Below are positions 37,801 through 50,036 of a stretch of 64,000 nucleotides of DNA, piece after piece. The translations under genes and the position numbers were made by a program. The DNA is taken from positions 14,136,001-14,200,000 of the forward strand of contig NC_087436.1 of the NCBI RefSeq assembly GCF_036321535.1, written 5' to 3'. Position 1 is the first letter of the stretch. Each line of letters opens with the position of its first letter. The stretch comes from Camelus dromedarius (Eukaryota). The notes beneath the pieces are model-generated. The model was given only the letters and a program-made list of their open reading frames with translations, was not told the origin of the DNA and did no database searches.

Positions 37801-39001
37801 GCCTATCTGGTGACTCCTATTTCTATTGTATTCAAACCTTAACTGGGAGTAGGAGGCCCTGTGGGGGTGGAGAGGCTGTTCTGCTGTCTCTCAGCAGTGG
37901 CAAGAAGCCTGCCCTGCAGGCAGCCCACCTCTTCCCTCTCCTCCCTGGAGATGAATCAGCTGGTGGGAACCGCTGGTGCCTTGGGAAAGAAGAAAATACA
38001 GCTGACCAGTGAGGCTGACGTCTCCACTCAGCCACAGCTGAATAGAGGCACTGTTCTTTCCAAAGCTGAACCATCATTTTAATCCAAATATAGTTCAGTC
38101 CCCTCTCCTGCACTCCTCCACCTGGCAGAATGGTGCCCCTGGAAGTGGTCAGACTGTCCAGATCCTCAGCAGTTTCCCCGGTCCGATGGGAAGCTGTTTA
38201 CATCACTGAGTGGTGAAAAGTAAATTATTCTGGGCTGACAGGTTTGGAAAGAACCCCAGGCGCAGTGCTCCTTCCAGGGAGGGCTTCTACATCCTAAAAC
38301 AGGATGAAGGGGGCTGAGTGCCGGAGCTCTGCAGGCCTCGCGTGAGGGCGCCGGCTCCCGCCCGCACTGAGTCAGCACCCTGGAGAGCTGCCCCACCCCC
38401 TTTCTAACCGGTGAGGTCAGCGCAGACGCGCCCGCCCGGCCCCAGCGCTCAGCGGGAGAGGGAACCGCGGCGGCCACTAGGCAAAGCTCCCAAGAACAGA
38501 GTTGAAGTGACGCTCGTGAAGCCGGTGGAAAACTCCAGAACCCAAGAGGCCCAGGGAGCAGGGCTCCAAAGAGCAGTTTTGCTGACAAAAATCACCCCGG
38601 GCACTCAGATGGGTGTGGCATTGCTCAGCACTTCTCGCGAATTACTTCACTGACCTGAAAGGTAGCCATTGCGAGACTTGAGTGAAGTGTCACAGCCTCT
38701 TTTCCCCTGGAGCCACTGTTCCAGATGCTTGGGTGCTGCGTTACTGAGAGCTCCAGACTCAAAGGAGGAGCCAAGCATGCCAGTGGAGGTGCTTCTGTAG
38801 CAAGATCCAAATTTGACCACTTCCTCGGGCCCAGAGGCAGCTCTCCCCCCAGCCAGGCACTGAGCTCAGAGTGAATGCTTCTGCATCATCTGCCTGGGGG
38901 AGAAATACCTGCATTGGCTGGTGGAGGCTCGGAGAGGAGGCCAGCCCAGAAGACAACTCATGAGCCCTGCATCAGAACCTAGCCTCTGCCCTCTCTCCAG
39001 C

Positions 39002-39125
39002 CCACTGGTTCTCAACAGCAGGGTGAAAAATGAATCACTGGGGAGTTGTTTCATGCAAATCTGGGGGTCCCAGCAGAAAGATTCCGACTTGTAGGTCTGG
39101 GGTGGGACCCAGCATCCCCCACCAG
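39002..39125. mobile_element. MER5A-like DNA transposon fragment
   Basis: ctggttctcaac...gaatcactggggag...gattccgacttgtaggtctggggtgggaccc. Confidence 0.7.
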
Positions 39126-41639
39126 CCCTGGGTGTCCTGTTGCATACTGAAGCACTCAACCCCATGGAAAGTGGGTGCCACTGGTGCTCTGACACTGTCA
39201 CTGTCATGGAGAGCTCACCACCCACAGCAAACACTGGGCTATCACGGAAGTGGCCCACTGGCCCCACTGCTGGCTGCCCTTGCCTCAGAAGACCTGGCCC
39301 TGGCCATGCAGTTGGCCTCCCCACTAGCCCCGCCCCCCTTTCACTGGCTATCAGGATGAAGGGGAGTGTGGCTGAATCCAGCCTTGAAAGCGCAGGGCTC
39401 TCACCTTTCTGGGCCAGTGTGCTGTCAGGAAGATAAGGTCGTCTCCCAAAGAGAAAGGGCCCATATCATATTTACTGGTGTTGGCCTAGGAGATGGAGCT
39501 CCTGTGTCTGACCCAAGAGTGGAGAGGATTTCTCCTCGCTGGCAGTGTAGAGTGAACACGACCCCTGACCTCAGTGGTGGTGCCTTAACTTCTACTCGAT
39601 GCCACGAAGTAGGGGAGGCATGTTCTTGGCACCCTGGTGTTTTCCTTGCGGAGCACTGCTACAGGTGAGGTTCTCTTCTATAGAAATGTCAGTGCCACAG
39701 TCTGCACATAGAAGGGTTAAAGAGGTTTCTAACGGGCTGTCCTAGAAACCTAGCTACAATGCATGACATGGCTGCTCTGGGGATGTGTATTCTGAATTCC
39801 TCGAATATAGCTGTGAGCAAACATGGGGCGCATCACCTGCTTATGAGGTAGGGACTGCCTGTATGACTCAGCCTTTGAATGTTTCCAAAGAGGCTGTGGA
39901 CAAAGCCCAAGCCCTGATTCCAGAGGCCTGGTATGAATGCACTTCAGAGTCCCTCAAGCAGCGTCCCATCGACAGGCTGAGCCACCTTCAGTCCATAGGC
40001 TGATGGTCAGGTCGTGCCAGACTCCTGGTGGGCTCTCGGTCAAGGAATCGTGAATAAGGAGATTGTGAGTGCTGCTTGGGGCAGTGACCCCCACTGCAGT
40101 GGGGTCCAATTCTCCCAGCTGTCAGCCAGGGAGCCAAAACCTGATTGCGGGCTCTGGCCTAGAAGAAAAGCCACTTTCTTAAACCATAGTAATGTTACCT
40201 TTATCTTCATTGAGGCAACCCAGTGAGCCATAGGACATTTTACTGGAAGGTATCTGCAGATGAAAACACCCCCTGGAGAGCTTGCTCTGGGTTATGTTTT
40301 CAAGTCTGTCCCGGATTCGGTCTAAGCTATGCACAGTTGCTCCTTGGATGCTGAGTAGGATGACTGCAGACCCACAGTCACCCATTTTGTTTGTGCTCAC
40401 AGCCCAGAGAATTTTAAGAAGTACTCAGCGAGTGACCAGATGCAATGTCTCATTCAAATTTGGTTTATATGTTTAATGCTTGTATGTGTTCAAGAACACA
40501 TACTGAAAACATTTTTTTTTAGTAGGACTGAAGCATGAAGCAAAGGTACAATGAAGAATTAAGAATAAAGTTTAAGTTTCAATAGAAAATTCTGTGAAAT
40601 TGCAAAATATCATCATTGCCAGATAAGAAGAGGTAGAGGCAGAAGTTGGTGAACCTGTGCACCTTGGAAGCCTGAATGAATAGTTTCACTGAACCATTCT
40701 GGAGCCTCTTTCTGGAATACATAAATTTGCAGGCTCTTGAATGAACAATTAAGAAACTGTGGCCCTTTTAAATCCAACGTGTATTTTCAGGAGGAAGACT
40801 AGAACACAGGCTCCTTGTGAAAGCCATAAAATAAGAGGGTAAAAATAAAACTCCTTGAGACCCAGTGTGAAAATAAAAAGCCTTGCTTTGGTTTATGTCT
40901 GTAACCCCTAGTACTACAGAGTTGACGACATAGGGAGGGGGTCCAGCATCCCAAACTGCTTACAACCCAGGCAAAACCAGGCTACAAATGTCCCCAGGGC
41001 AGCAACTCACAACACCATCTACTCTCTCATCCGTGGGTGCCTGAGCCCAGGATCTTCCTCTAATCTACTGTCAGACAGATTGAGAGAGCAGCTAGGACTA
41101 AAACTTGATAAGAAACCCCAGGATATGAGGTCTTTCTTTTCAAAGAAGCACCAACAGTGGGTTTCAAATCAGAGCCTGCCTCCCTCCCTCTCTGCTCATT
41201 CCTGAGGCAACCACAGAGGTGAGCTGTGATTTCCCAACAGTGTCCTGAGCCAAAACACATGAGGACACCCAGGAGCAGATCCAGACTTGCCGGCCCCACG
41301 GAGATTACGCAAAGCTTGGCCCACAACATGGAATAACGTGAGCGAGTACGGGTGCTGAACATTCCATCCGCGGCCTGCGTGCCTGGTGCATGCCCGCATC
41401 CCCGCAGGTCTGGCGCGAGGCCAGCTCCCCAGGCCCTCAGTTAACTGCAGGTACTGCGCTACCAAGAAGACACACATCAACAGCCTAATTTTGGCTCGTG
41501 AGCCTTTTGACGATAGGACTGCTCTGTCCCAACCCAATGGCAACTCCTGCATCCCGCCTTCTCGCTGTGCAGGAGATGACATCCTCACCCGCCAGGATCA
41601 CGCGCACACCCCAACAGAAGCAGCGAGGATAAGACACCA

Positions 41640-43895
41640 ATCCCATAAACAGGAACTTTATTAAACTACACGTTACATAAAAGAACATATAAATGGACCT
41701 TTAAATACATTCAGTTCATCTTAAATTTATATAGAAACTTATTTACATTTCTGCATTATACACTTAAATTATTTTTCCAAGCTTACTACCAATAAAAGGT
41801 AATAGAATGATCACCTGCTCACACAGATGCATACAAGTTGTCCACAGGGCTAAGCAAAACACCACTTCTCAGGAACCTCAGCTTATTAGATTTCAAAGCA
41901 ACAACTCATTCTGAAGGTGCTTTCTTCTAAGCAGGCCTTTGTGTGAGACCTCTACCGTGGAGATGCTGGAGGTTAGTTCTGGAAGCTGATCCCAGGCAGA
42001 GATGGGTCCTCGGGTGTTTATGATGACTTGGATTCCTGGAGTCAGCAGGACTCTTGAAGGCCATCATCAGGGCCATGCCCCCACCTCTGCAGACTAGGAA
42101 ACAGGATTAAAGGAGAGGGAGTGACTTGCCAAAGCCACACAGCATCAGTGATGGAACAGGGACTAGGACCCTGGTTTCTAGGGTCCCATCAAGGGGTCTC
42201 AACCCTGGCACTACCCACAAATCCACACATTTTGACCTTTTTTTTTTTTTGCAGGCCCTATGTTTTTAATGTTGTTGTCTGTATGATTAAATACACGATA
42301 TTTTAGGCTTTTTGAGATGATGAAAAATGGCTCAGGATTCTCATAACCAGCTTTGTGAAGCCCTGGAAATACCTCTCAGGGCTATTTTTACAAGAGGTTT
42401 TGTGGTTAGGTGCCTTACTTCTTCAACCATAAAGTTTATCTTTTCACTTGAGCAGATTTATGGAAGCTCAGAGTTTCCAATTAATTGGGATGGAAGGCAA
42501 CAAACACTCTACAGGAGGGAGACTGTAACATCAACCGTATGGATTCATCACAAATACATTATATTTGCCGAAATCCATCTATCACTATCAGATCTGAAAC
42601 AAAGTTTCACTGATAAGTGACCAAAAGTGGAAAAAGAAAAGTGGGGGAGGAGAAATTTTTTAATAACAAAAAAGTGCCAAGAATTCCCCCACTTCCCAAT
42701 TAGTCAGAGGGAAATAGTGAAATCAGCACTGGGTAGAAATGGCACGTTTTCCCCTTTCTTTTGAATGAAGCCTAACTGCTTTTCAAAATTTTCCTGAGAA
42801 TATAAAATCTTCTGAAAGCAACTTCTTTTTCTTTTCTTCTCTGTCTGTTTTTGAAAACTTGATCTGGTTTTCTCAGGATTTAAAACCACTGTACCAAAGA
42901 ACAGGCATCAACATTAAACAGTATTATTGAGAAAGAGAGAGAGACTGTCTCCAGGCTCCAGGTCACATTAGTAAAGGAGAAAGACTGGGAGATTGAAGGG
43001 CTTGTTATTCCCTTAACTAGAGTGAACACAAGTCATAGCAGCCTTCACTCAGTTTCACAACAGACACTCAAGTGAGAAAACACAGAACCGGAAAGATGTG
43101 CTCAGCTGAACAGTCTGATGATCTTCCATCAAAACATGGCACCTCTAAATTCTGGAAGCTCCAGCATTCTCCCAGGGGCTGCCACTCATCTGCAGAGGAG
43201 GCCTGTCCCACTGCCCAGGGAGCCTCTCTAAAACACGGGAGCACCCCATTTCTGTCCACCAGTCTCATTCTCCCTCCTGTTCACACGCAAACCTTCACCA
43301 AAGTCAGCAGGGAGAGGCGAGCAAGGCAGAGAGACTTCAATAAGATGGAGCCAACCTCAGAACACCCAAGGGCTTGCAGAAGTCCAGCTGCCAGCAATGG
43401 ACGGTGTGTGGGCAGGTGGAACCCTGAGGCCAGGGAACACAAGAAGATAAAAACACCTTCATCATTTTTCCCCTGGGAGGCATTTCACGCCGCAAAAAGA
43501 ACCAACTAAAACAAAACATTTGATTTTATAATATAAAAAATGTCTTTGATGTATAAAAACTGGCCCAAAATCTTCACTCGTTACATAGGCATGTCATCTT
43601 CCTCGTCTGAGTCGTTCATGGGTCTCTGTGGTCTGTTTAGGGGACGGGGCTCTCTGGGTCCACCTGTGGGCCGGGTGCAGACATGCCAGTCCATCATCTT
43701 GGGGAACGTCGGTGCAGCAGGAGTCAGTGCCACGGGCGTTGGGCCCTGGCCTCTAGGGCTGCACCTTTGGTGACACAGCATTTGCAGGTGGTCCCAGTGG
43801 ATGACATGTGGAACAGACATTCGGTGTTGGCCTTTCACAGAACTCAGTCTTCGTCATCTGAACCCCAGGAAGCAAGAGGGGAGGACAGATGCCCA
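41640..43895 (-). other. FHDC1: Predicted FHDC1 3'UTR (~2.25 kb), including a MIR relic at ~42080-42190
   Basis: Lies between the TGA stop (43896-43898) and the AATAAA with GU-rich downstream element; the cleavage site is approximate. Confidence 0.65.
41657..41662 (-). terminator. FHDC1: Polyadenylation signal AATAAA of FHDC1
   Basis: TTTATT on + at 41657-41662. Downstream on the minus strand is a GU-rich tract (GGGATTGGTGTCTT...TCTGTTGGGGTGTG); upstream is AU-rich. Confidence 0.75.
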
Positions 43896-45902
43896 TCACT
43901 TCCTTGCAGGATGGAGCACTTTCCCCAGGGCTGCCCGGTTGGCGTCCTTGAGCCGGAGGGAGGCCCGTTCCCCGGCCCCCCGGCCCTTCAGCCGGGCCTC
44001 GGTGCTGGCCGCGGGGCCCTCGTCTGACTCTGGACCCTTCCGGGGGCCGCGGGCGCTGCCGGCCCGCCGCAAGGTGCTACTGTCCTTGGGGGTGGCATCC
44101 TCAGGGCCACTCTTCACCCTCAGCTGCCGCTGCGACATCGTCCGGGTGAGGCCAGGGGCTCTGGCCACAGTGGGGGAACCAGTCCTCAGGCACCTAGACG
44201 AGGAGGCGACAGTGTTCCGGGCGAAGCTGGGGACCCTGGCCGGGCTGCGGGGCACCCTGGGGGCAGGCGGGGACCGGGGCCCTTCTTCGGGGCTCTCGGG
44301 GACCTGCGAGCTCGAGCGGCAGATCTTGTCCTCCTCGGGCTTCGGCCGGAGGACGCTGCGGAGAGGCTTGGCGCTGGGCTTCCTGAGGGAGCTCCTGTGC
44401 AGCAAGGAGGGCTCCCTCCCAGGCCGGGCCCCCGTAGAGGGCCTCCCAGGCGAAGCGTCCGAGGTGCCCCTGGAGGCGCTGCGCCGCGACAAGGGCGCAG
44501 GTGCGTCCAGGCCGCCGGGGGTCTCGCGAGGGGCTTGCTTCCCAGAGCTGGGGGCGCGGCTGGCCCGCGAGATGGGCACGACCTTGCGCATGCTCTCGTT
44601 CTCCGAGGCCGTCAGCACCCGCACCGGCTTGATCGCCCCGGCACCCCGCGGGGCAGCCCCGGCCTTGGAGGCTCCTGAGGACGGGGACGCCGACGCCCCT
44701 TTGAGCGAGTTCCTCTTCGGTGCCATCACATCCTTCCCTCTGGCGGGCCTGTCCCTGGCAAGGCCCCCCTTGCAGCCGGGCTCGCTCTTCCCAGAGAGGG
44801 AGCAGGGAGCCGGGGCCACCCCGGGCGGGCTGCAAGTGGGGTTAGAGGAGACCTGGCTGCCGCCCGCCTCCCCAGCCCCAGAGGACACAGAACCCTCCCC
44901 GTCGGCCCCCTCCCCCGGGTCCCCCACTTCCGGCCTGGAGTCAGTGCCCTCGGAGCAGTCCAGGGTCAGGGAGCAGTCGGTGGTGTCCGAGATGTAGAGC
45001 AGAGGCACAGGATCTTTGTTCTCAGGATCGCTGCTGCCCACAGACACCTGAGCCGCACTGCTGGGCTCATCAGAGGCAGCCCCGCCAACCTCCAGGGCTG
45101 GACTGGGACCCTCCTGGGCACCTCTGTCCACGGGCATCAGGCTGCCATTGCCGTCACCCAGAGACTGCGGGCTTCCAAACCTTAGAGGTGCCAGCTCCAT
45201 TGGGCTCAAGTCATTCACTGTCAGCCGAGGCGTCTCCTCCGGGCCCTTGGGAGCCTGGAGGTCGAACTGGGCCAGCCCCGTCACCAGCTCATGCTCCTTA
45301 ATCCCTAGAGCCAATGGCGAGAGTGGAGGGGACCGCTTCGGACCCAGGCCCACCGGCTCACTGTTCCTCTTTCGGAGGACGCTGTGTCGAACTCGTGGTA
45401 AGGCGAAGGCAGCTGCCTCAGGCCGGGAGGGCAGGATCTGGTTCTGCCAAGCCGAAGGTGGGTCGCGGGCTACCTCCTCACCCTCCGAGGCCAGAGGTCT
45501 GTGTGCTTGGCTGGAGTCCTGGTCCCTCAGTTCTCCAGGCTCCATCCAGGCTGCTGGGGACGGGGCCTGCCAGGGGCAGCTCCCGAGCAAGCTGTTGAAC
45601 TTGAGCTCCTCGGGGCTGCCAGTGGAGTTCTCCAAGAAAGTCAGCAGCTCCCTGTCAGCAGAGATGCCCAGGGAGAGGCGGGAGCGGCGTGTGTTGGGGG
45701 GTCGGTAAGAGGGGCTGATGGGCCTCGGGTGCAGGAAAGGGGGCAGGTCCTCGGCGCCCCTCTTGGTCAGCAGCTCCACATCATTCTCACTGCTGCTCCG
45801 GCCAAACCCAAGATCCCCAGCTGCCCAGCTACGCCGCTTCTGCTCCAGCTCCTTCCGACGCTGCAGCTGCCTCAGCTCCTGCACCTGGCGTTCCTGGTTG
45901 TC
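43896..45902 (-). CDS. FHDC1: FHDC1 terminal coding exon (2007 nt, 668 aa plus TGA): end of FH2 region and long Ser/Pro/Arg-rich disordered tail with microtubule-binding region
   Basis: Acceptor ctccttcag|GAC AAC CAG (DNQERQVQELRQLQRRKELEQKRRSWAAG). Recognisable blocks: SSSENDVELLTK, LSPLALGIKEHELVTGLAQFDL, ISDTTDCSLTLDCSEG, ENESMRKVVPISR, VPSFARNTVASSSR. Phase 0 with the preceding exon. Confidence 0.93.
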   Translation of the reverse strand, partial: DNQERQVQELRQLQRRKELEQKRRSWAAGDLGFGRSSSENDVELLTKRGAEDLPPFLHPRPISPSYRPPNTRRSRLSLGISADRELLTFLENSTGSPEELKFNSLLGSCPWQAPSPAAWMEPGELRDQDSSQAHRPLASEGEEVARDPPSAWQNQILPSRPEAAAFALPRVRHSVLRKRNSEPVGLGPKRSPPLSPLALGIKEHELVTGLAQFDLQAPKGPEETPRLTVNDLSPMELAPLRFGSPQSLGDGNGSLMPVDRGAQEGPSPALEVGGAASDEPSSAAQVSVGSSDPENKDPVPLLYISDTTDCSLTLDCSEGTDSRPEVGDPGEGADGEGSVSSGAGEAGGSQVSSNPTCSPPGVAPAPCSLSGKSEPGCKGGLARDRPARGKDVMAPKRNSLKGASASPSSGASKAGAAPRGAGAIKPVRVLTASENESMRKVVPISRASRAPSSGKQAPRETPGGLDAPAPLSRRSASRGTSDASPGRPSTGARPGREPSLLHRSSLRKPSAKPLRSVLRPKPEEDKICRSSSQVPESPEEGPRSPPAPRVPRSPARVPSFARNTVASSSRCLRTGSPTVARAPGLTRTMSQRQLRVKSGPEDATPKDSSTLRRAGSARGPRKGPESDEGPAASTEARLKGRGAGERASLRLKDANRAALGKVLHPARK

Positions 45903-46385
45903 CTGAAGGAGGGGTAGAGAGAGGCCGGAAAAGGCATGAGACACATGGGACCCAAGTGCAGGTCCAGAGCCAGCTTCCCTAAGACCCCACTGAGATACAT
46001 GCCTGGAGGAGAGACCTGGGTCACGATCTTCACTGAGACCATATGTGTTTATCCATGCGGGTGGTGCAGAGCTCTGCAGGGTGCAATTCTCCCAAAAACT
46101 AGGTGGGGATGACCGGTGGTGCTCCCTAGGCCTGGCCCCAACTGTCTGCCTAAGGTTGTCATCAGATCCCTGAGCCCACCTTCCAGCTGTCCAGTAAGGC
46201 ATTGTGCCCTCAGTGTGGGCTGTGATTCCACACATGCTTGGAACCTCAACTCCGAGGAACCCAACTTGGTTTTTAAGCAGGGCAAGACAGAAAGGACTTC
46301 CAGGAAAGTGCTATTGGGGCAGCAGCAGAGGGAAAAATACTATGGGTGTTAAAAGAGGGAGCCTGAATCTGTGTTGCATGGATAC

Positions 46386-46389
<4 letters not shown>

Positions 46390-46436
<47 letters not shown>
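46390..46436. repeat. (CA)~23 microsatellite in the last FHDC1 intron, (UG)n in pre-mRNA
   Basis: Directly visible. Confidence 0.97.
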
Positions 46437-46439
<3 letters not shown>

Positions 46440-47960
46440 ATATGCGGCACATTCTACTTAGCAATGATTTGGATGCACCAGCAAAGACTCGGGATATTAA
46501 GAGATGCCTTTCAAATTTGTGTTCTTTGAATGCTCCCTGGTAAACACCAGAAATGCCACGGTGGCTCTGTCCCTTGTGCCCTATCCACTTCCCACAATTG
46601 GAGAAGAGGATTTGCTTTACAAATCCTCCTGACTTTCACCCAGCTCCAAGAACCCAGCCTCCCCCAACAAAATCCAGCTAGAAAAAATGCACACACCAAA
46701 GCACATTTTGCTGCCTGCACTATAAATATACATGTGACACATAAATGTGTGGATTGCACAACCCACATCTGTTATCATTAGCACTTTTTGCTTGAAAATC
46801 AATTTCCTCAAACAGTGGACTTTCCCTTCCAAGTTTCTGTGAGGCTCTGGATCTGGCAGAGAACTCTGGGCCCCTCCTGCAGCTCTGGCCTCAGCCTCCC
46901 CAAGGACCCTGGGTCGTCTCCTTTCATGGCTGCCTGCAGAGGGCGTGGGGCCAGCTCCTGGCTCTCAGGACAGCTGGGCTGAGAGCATCACACAGGTGGC
47001 CTCACGGGCCTACAGAACTCTGACTGGGAGTGAAAGCCTCAGAAAGAGCCAATTTGGCCTCTACCACCCACTGCGCCTCCCCCTGCTGACCTCACTGCTT
47101 GGACAAGCGAGATGAAACGTGGCCACGGGCTAGGCCCCCTTCTCTTCACTGGACAGAGAAAGGAGGCTTGAGAATTCAACTGACTGTGGGCTCCTCACTC
47201 AGGGCTGGAGAGGCATTTGACCAGCCTCTCCAGGAAAGTCTGCTATGGACAAATGAGCACTTAAGATACACAGGTATTTGGTTCCCTGTGAGCACCTGAA
47301 ATGAAGGGATGCTGTTCTGTTTTTAATTGACAGATGAAAGTTTTGTTTGCAAAGCCAAGCCACCCAGAGAGTTTTCCGGCTTCTGTGTGAACTCAGGAAT
47401 AATTGGAATTGGAAGCTGAGGGGCAGGAAATGTAGCTGCTGTGCTCAGACGGCAGCAGCTCCCTCACTATTTGGGCATTTCGAGCCTGCATGGGCTGAGG
47501 ACAGCAAGGGGCCCAGGCTGCCAACCCTTGGCAGTGGCCACGGTGCTCAAAACAGGTGAGAGTGGGCCTTCCGATCACCCCACTGCAAAAAAGGCCTCCC
47601 AAAAAAGGAGGAAACTGTCTGCTGGGAGCAGGGAAGGATCCTCAAAGAGATGTCTTAATGTCGTGACTGCCATCATAAATAAACTCGACAAACAGAATGC
47701 TTTCAGGACATCAGACCGAGTGGCAAAGTAGCAGAGGCAGCCAAGTGCTAGACCCCTGATGGGACGGGACTCTCGGGGCTGAGCTGGCAGAGCGCCTTCC
47801 CGCCATCCCGACCTCCAGCCAGCCGTGCCGCCGGGGCCAGACTCCCTGACCCCGCGCAGCTGCTGAACCACCTTTCCACCGCGGGCAGGGGGCTGGGTCA
47901 GGAAGAAGAAAAAGAAAAATCCCCAAAACACAGAAGACGCAGAGCTGCCATCAGCCGTAC

Positions 47961-48125
47961 CTTAACTGCTTTGTTGAATTTGACACAGAAGTCTCTGAAA
48001 ATCTGAAGGCACTCGTCCAGTTTCATGGTCTCCTTGTCTTCACAGAAAAAGTCGATGAGGGTGTGGGCCTCGTCCTGGAGCTCCTGCTTCCAGCGCTGCA
48101 GCTCTGTCAGCTTTTCCAGGGCGAA
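47961..48125 (-). CDS. FHDC1: FHDC1 coding exon (165 nt) FALEKLTELQ...IDFFCEDKETMKLDECLQIFRDFCVKFNKAVK
   Basis: ccgcag|TTC ... AAG|gtacgg; phase 0/0; C-terminal FH2 signature. Confidence 0.95.
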
Positions 48126-48599
48126 CTGCGGGAGAGGACACAGACGGCAGGTGTGAACGGTCGGCCACCTGCTGCCCGGGGTCAATCTCAGGTCTCAGAA
48201 AAGGGAAGGCTCCCTGCACATCCGATCCCTCAGGGCTAAAAGGAGAATAATTCACCCCAAACAAAACCTCAAGGAAGTGAGGTGAACTCCTGGGTGAGGC
48301 CTGGGAGCCACAGGAGACCTGGAGAAGACCACCAACCTAACGTTCCCCTGTAATGTCACTGGAAGCGAGACACAGGCGTGCAGTTGGTCTCAGTAAGGAA
48401 ACCTTGTCTGCCCCGTTCTTCCTTCTCTCACAACCAAGTCTTACACTGGCCAAGAGCCTACTTCAGGGTCCCGGAAGCCACTTGGATTGATGAGTTGTCT
48501 GATTCCGAGGTCTGCCTCGTTGAGAGGGAGTCTAAACTTAACCCCAAACGAGCTCTGTCCGGGTCGTCCTCTCTCCCTCACAGGCCTGAAGCCCTCATG

Positions 48600-48760
48600 C
48601 TGGGCAAATGCCCAGCCAGGGCTTCTTGTCCGAGTCAGTGCAGTCTCCAGCCCATGCCTGCCCCCCACCCAGGCCCTTCAGTAGTCTGGGGTGGACCCGC
48701 CACTTTTCTATTAAAACTCCCTGGGAGATTCTGGTGGGTACCCACGGTTTGGAACTCCTG
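48600..48760. mobile_element. MER5A-like fragment
   Basis: cagtagtctggggtggaccc...aaaactccctgggagattctg...ggtttggaactcctg. Confidence 0.6.
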
Positions 48761-50036
48761 CCTTATACAAATCCATCCTCTCAACATCCTGGTTTTCTCC
48801 TAATTCTTCTATGACACAGCTTCCCAGGCCACTGCAGACTCAATGACTGGGGCAACACAGTGGGGCTGGAAGAGGCCTGCTCTTTCAAACCCTTTGGGGG
48901 TGGGGTACCCAGGCCCAGGGGCACAGGCACACGCCCCTGACGGCAGCTCAGTGACAGGAGTGTCGAGCTGAAGTGAGGAAGCCACGGGCTGGAGGAGTCT
49001 CAGCCCTGTAGAGACAGTCTTTGGGGTCACACTGAAGTCTCGGGATGCTTTCTTTACACTGGATAACGGGCTTATATGAAGAAAGAATGTATGGAGTATG
49101 TGCCCCTACGAAATCACATGATGATAATTTTTAAAAGGCTTATATTTGAGAAACTTCTCTTTGGGTGGGGGATGTGCCTGGGCCACAGTGAAGCTGCAGG
49201 CGGCCCACCCTGGCCGAGAGGAGCGGCTGCGGGAACCCACCACAGAGCTACAGAGAAATTCCGAGAAACCGCGTCCCCTCCCACCCACTCCACACACTAT
49301 CCCCCTTAAAAGCCCCTTTCTTACACCAAACACATTTGAGAGGTAGCAGGAAACCAAAACTATTTGGGAAATCAAATACCAAAGAAAGTAACCATCTGAG
49401 TCAGAGGCCCAAGGCAGCGTTTGCGTTCACGCTGTGTTTTTCTTTATGGAGAGAAGGGCATTAACTACAGGATAAATCTCTGCCTGTCATTCCTGCTCGG
49501 GGGGAAAGGTGGATCCCAGCCAAGAACAGCTCAACTGCAGAAAAACAGGACTTTGACAAGAATCTTCATGGGAGCTCGCTCCACCTCTGTGTCTCATCGC
49601 TGGACGCCGTGGGGACAGAGACGGTGCCCACATGTGCGCTTTGCAGTCACCTGAGGACTTGGGAAAGGGAAATATTCTGAATAGGGTCTGAAAAAGACCA
49701 CTGCACCCGGAGTTATTTGCCCGGAGTTAGTTTCTGAACCCTTCTTTCACGATTAGGGCCACAGGCGAAGAAGCCCAAAGCTACAGTGGCAAAGCCTGAA
49801 TCACAGATCGCTAGTTGTGGCAGCAGATTCAACTTTCCCTCTCACACCTGTCTGCCCCAGACTGAAGTTCCAAACCAATTCACTTGGTTCTTCTCCCCAA
49901 AGGGACAAAATACCGAAACAGGGCTGTAAAATGTGTTCCTGTCATTGTTCCGCTGGGAAACCCACGGCAGTTACCCACGGCTTGGAGCACGAAGGCTTCC
50001 CCCTGGTATTCACAGCCCTTCAGGGCCTGACCCTAC

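Noticed and set aside
44194..44835. 213-aa alternative-frame ORF on the FHDC1 strand
   Set aside because: Starts at TTG deep inside a GC-rich exon; expected by chance
43801..44997. 398-aa ATG-initiated antisense ORF (and in-frame ORFs at 45148-45708 and 45718-45906) overlapping the FHDC1 last exon
   Set aside because: This antisense frame shares wobble positions with the sense frame. Stops there need a sense Tyr codon after a C/T-ending codon, or Gln/His after a T-ending codon, which are rare in this GC-rich, Tyr-poor exon. It is a shadow ORF with no recognisable domain.
45903..46235. N-terminal 111 aa of the 779-aa ORF in the track
   Set aside because: Intronic read-through upstream of the real acceptor at 45903/45902; non-ATG start and not FHDC1-like
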